From: Diadema antillarum
Taxonomy: Eukaryota
NCBI RefSeq assembly: GCF_040938485.1
Contig: NW_027271164.1
Location: 2,208,064 to 2,272,063 of the forward strand
Direction of reading: 5' to 3'
DNA length: 64,000 bases
Shown here: piece by piece, positions 62,395-64,000 of the stretch
Layout: each line of letters starts with the position of its first letter
Position numbering within the stretch: position 1 is the first letter of the stretch
The notes under the pieces: generated by a model
The model's input: the letters and a program-made list of their open reading frames with translations, nothing else
The model's database searches: none
What the model was told of the DNA's origin: nothing
Program-made: the position numbers and the translations under genes

Positions 62395-64000
62395 TTTCCA
62401 TCTCTGCAGTGAAAGTACCAGCTCAAAGGCCTACTTTGTATACCAGCAGTTTTAAAGCTTAATCCATATAAGCATGGCATCAAAAGTCACTTGTAGAAAA
62501 TTACATCATTTTCGGCAGATTGTCGCATTGTACAGAAGACCTTTAACATTTTCTTTCTACTTTGCACACTGCCCATACATGACTGTGTTGATACAATGTA
62601 TTCTGAATAGCATCACGCGTCCATATTGCCGTATTGCCCATACCACAGGAAGATAATACCAGGTATACAAGCTACAACTTGTTAAGCCAGATGAAATGGA
62701 CATGGTAACATGCCCAATACAAACTTGCTTGCATACAATGTAGTACACTATCACAATTCACACAATGTGAAATGATTACTATTTACCATGTACACATTAG
62801 GTTGTATACCGTACCACTAGCAGGGTGTTTACTGCTTCAAGCTGAACTGGTGTACAACTGTACTGCATAATTCGGAGGGCCAGGGAATACAAAAATTGGT
62901 ATCTTGAAGAACTCTTCAAGGACATTCAGTCAATAACCCTATGCAGCAGTCTATACTCTATACCAGCCATCCACCAACAATTTTTCATTGTACAGGTAGT
63001 CTGTACACACTTTTACCTGCACATCCATAGATTGGTCATTATGTACAATGCAGCGGATACTGTGACAGCCACTGACACTGTATTGACAGGTACATCTATT
63101 CAACACACTTGGAGTTGGGGGGGGGGGGGGGGGCGGGCTTGGGTGTCTGTAAATTGGTCCAAATCCAGGAAACTGAACTGCTATTCTCTTGAGGAAAGTA
63201 TTGAATTGGAACACCTTGAAAAGCAACTGTTACAAACTGTACCAATACTATAACTGTCACAGCCTGTCCACATGAATACTGATTGCCAGTAGATTCAATA
63301 GTGGTACACTGTACAAAAAATAAATGTACGTGTACACAAACATACCAGTGTAGGCCTACTGTATGCTATAAGCCATTATTTTTGTGTGTACAGATATTTT
63401 CACTAATTAGGACGTCGCACACATTTTCCTAAGATGCTGTTTTCGCGAATTGACACCAACGTTATCTTACATGAATTGCTACCCTAGTGCATGACAATAT
63501 TTTCGTGTGTACTATTGATAAATCCTTAATCCAACTGTGATTCACAAAATCAACAAAAATTAAACCTTCATGAAAATAACGGCTTCAGAAGCATACAAGC
63601 ATATCGTTGCTGGGGTGACAAGACCTTGTACCATATCTGAAATTTTGGTGAAAATGACTTTTTTGGATTAATGGTCAAATAATGGGTTAAGTGGTATCCT
63701 GTCCAAATCCCAACTGTCTCACTCCGAAAATGAAGCCACCACGACATGTCAAAGGAAAGGCTATCCCATTCCCTATAGTGCTTTGGCTGCCACGTTTTTT
63801 GGCTCTCCTGAACATTTGACATTTTATACGAGGTCTTGTCACCTCAGCAACGATATGCACTGCTCCATCAAACACACCTCCAATACTGTACTGTAAAAGT
63901 GGATATTTTCGTGCAGCTAATTTTTCACGCTTGGCCGGGTGAGAAGATTTTTCGCATGTTTTTAATTCCGCAGAATCAAGACAGCAACCACTGGAACATA

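Noticed and set aside
1-64000. CRISPR arrays, prokaryotic defence or novel operon-like systems, as suggested by the task framing
   Set aside because: The sequence is clearly metazoan. It has spliceosomal introns with GT-AG boundaries, microsatellites, SINE and MITE content, and CpG depletion. There are no direct-repeat/spacer arrays and no operonic ORF packing. The novelty candidates are the nested ORFs, the acidic 3' ORF and the transposon architectures reported above.

Overview
This window is metazoan nuclear DNA, not a prokaryotic or defence locus. It is AT-rich (about 36% GC), packed with microsatellites, MITE/SINE-like repeats and homopolymer G/C tracts, and its genes have GT-AG introns. 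Two genes lie tail-to-tail.

(1) + strand: at least 12 exons of a histidine decarboxylase (HDC) ortholog, a PLP-dependent group II aromatic amino-acid decarboxylase, from 5660 to 33332. Every exon aligns to conserved HDC/DDC blocks: the PLP-lysine motif NPSKW, and [10 protein letters not shown] with the HDC-type Ser rather than the DDC Gly.

(2) - strand: at least 11 exons of a pyruvate dehydrogenase kinase (PDK / mitochondrial BCKDK-PDK family) from about 62092 down to about 45070.

The 5'-most coding exon of each gene was not found with confidence.

Extra structure is layered on top. A 612-nt GC-rich acidic ORF lies 1.7 kb downstream of the HDC stop. A TTAA-flanked piggyBac-like MITE and a Foldback-like element built from GGTCGGCRACC motif arrays sit inside introns. 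CpG-dense islands with a donor-terminated ORF sit inside the largest PDK intron. Several near-perfect 100-170 bp hairpins are present, along with tRNA-derived SINE copies. No CRISPR array, rRNA or bona fide tRNA was seen. All coordinates are hand-counted from the text and may be off by 1-3 nt.
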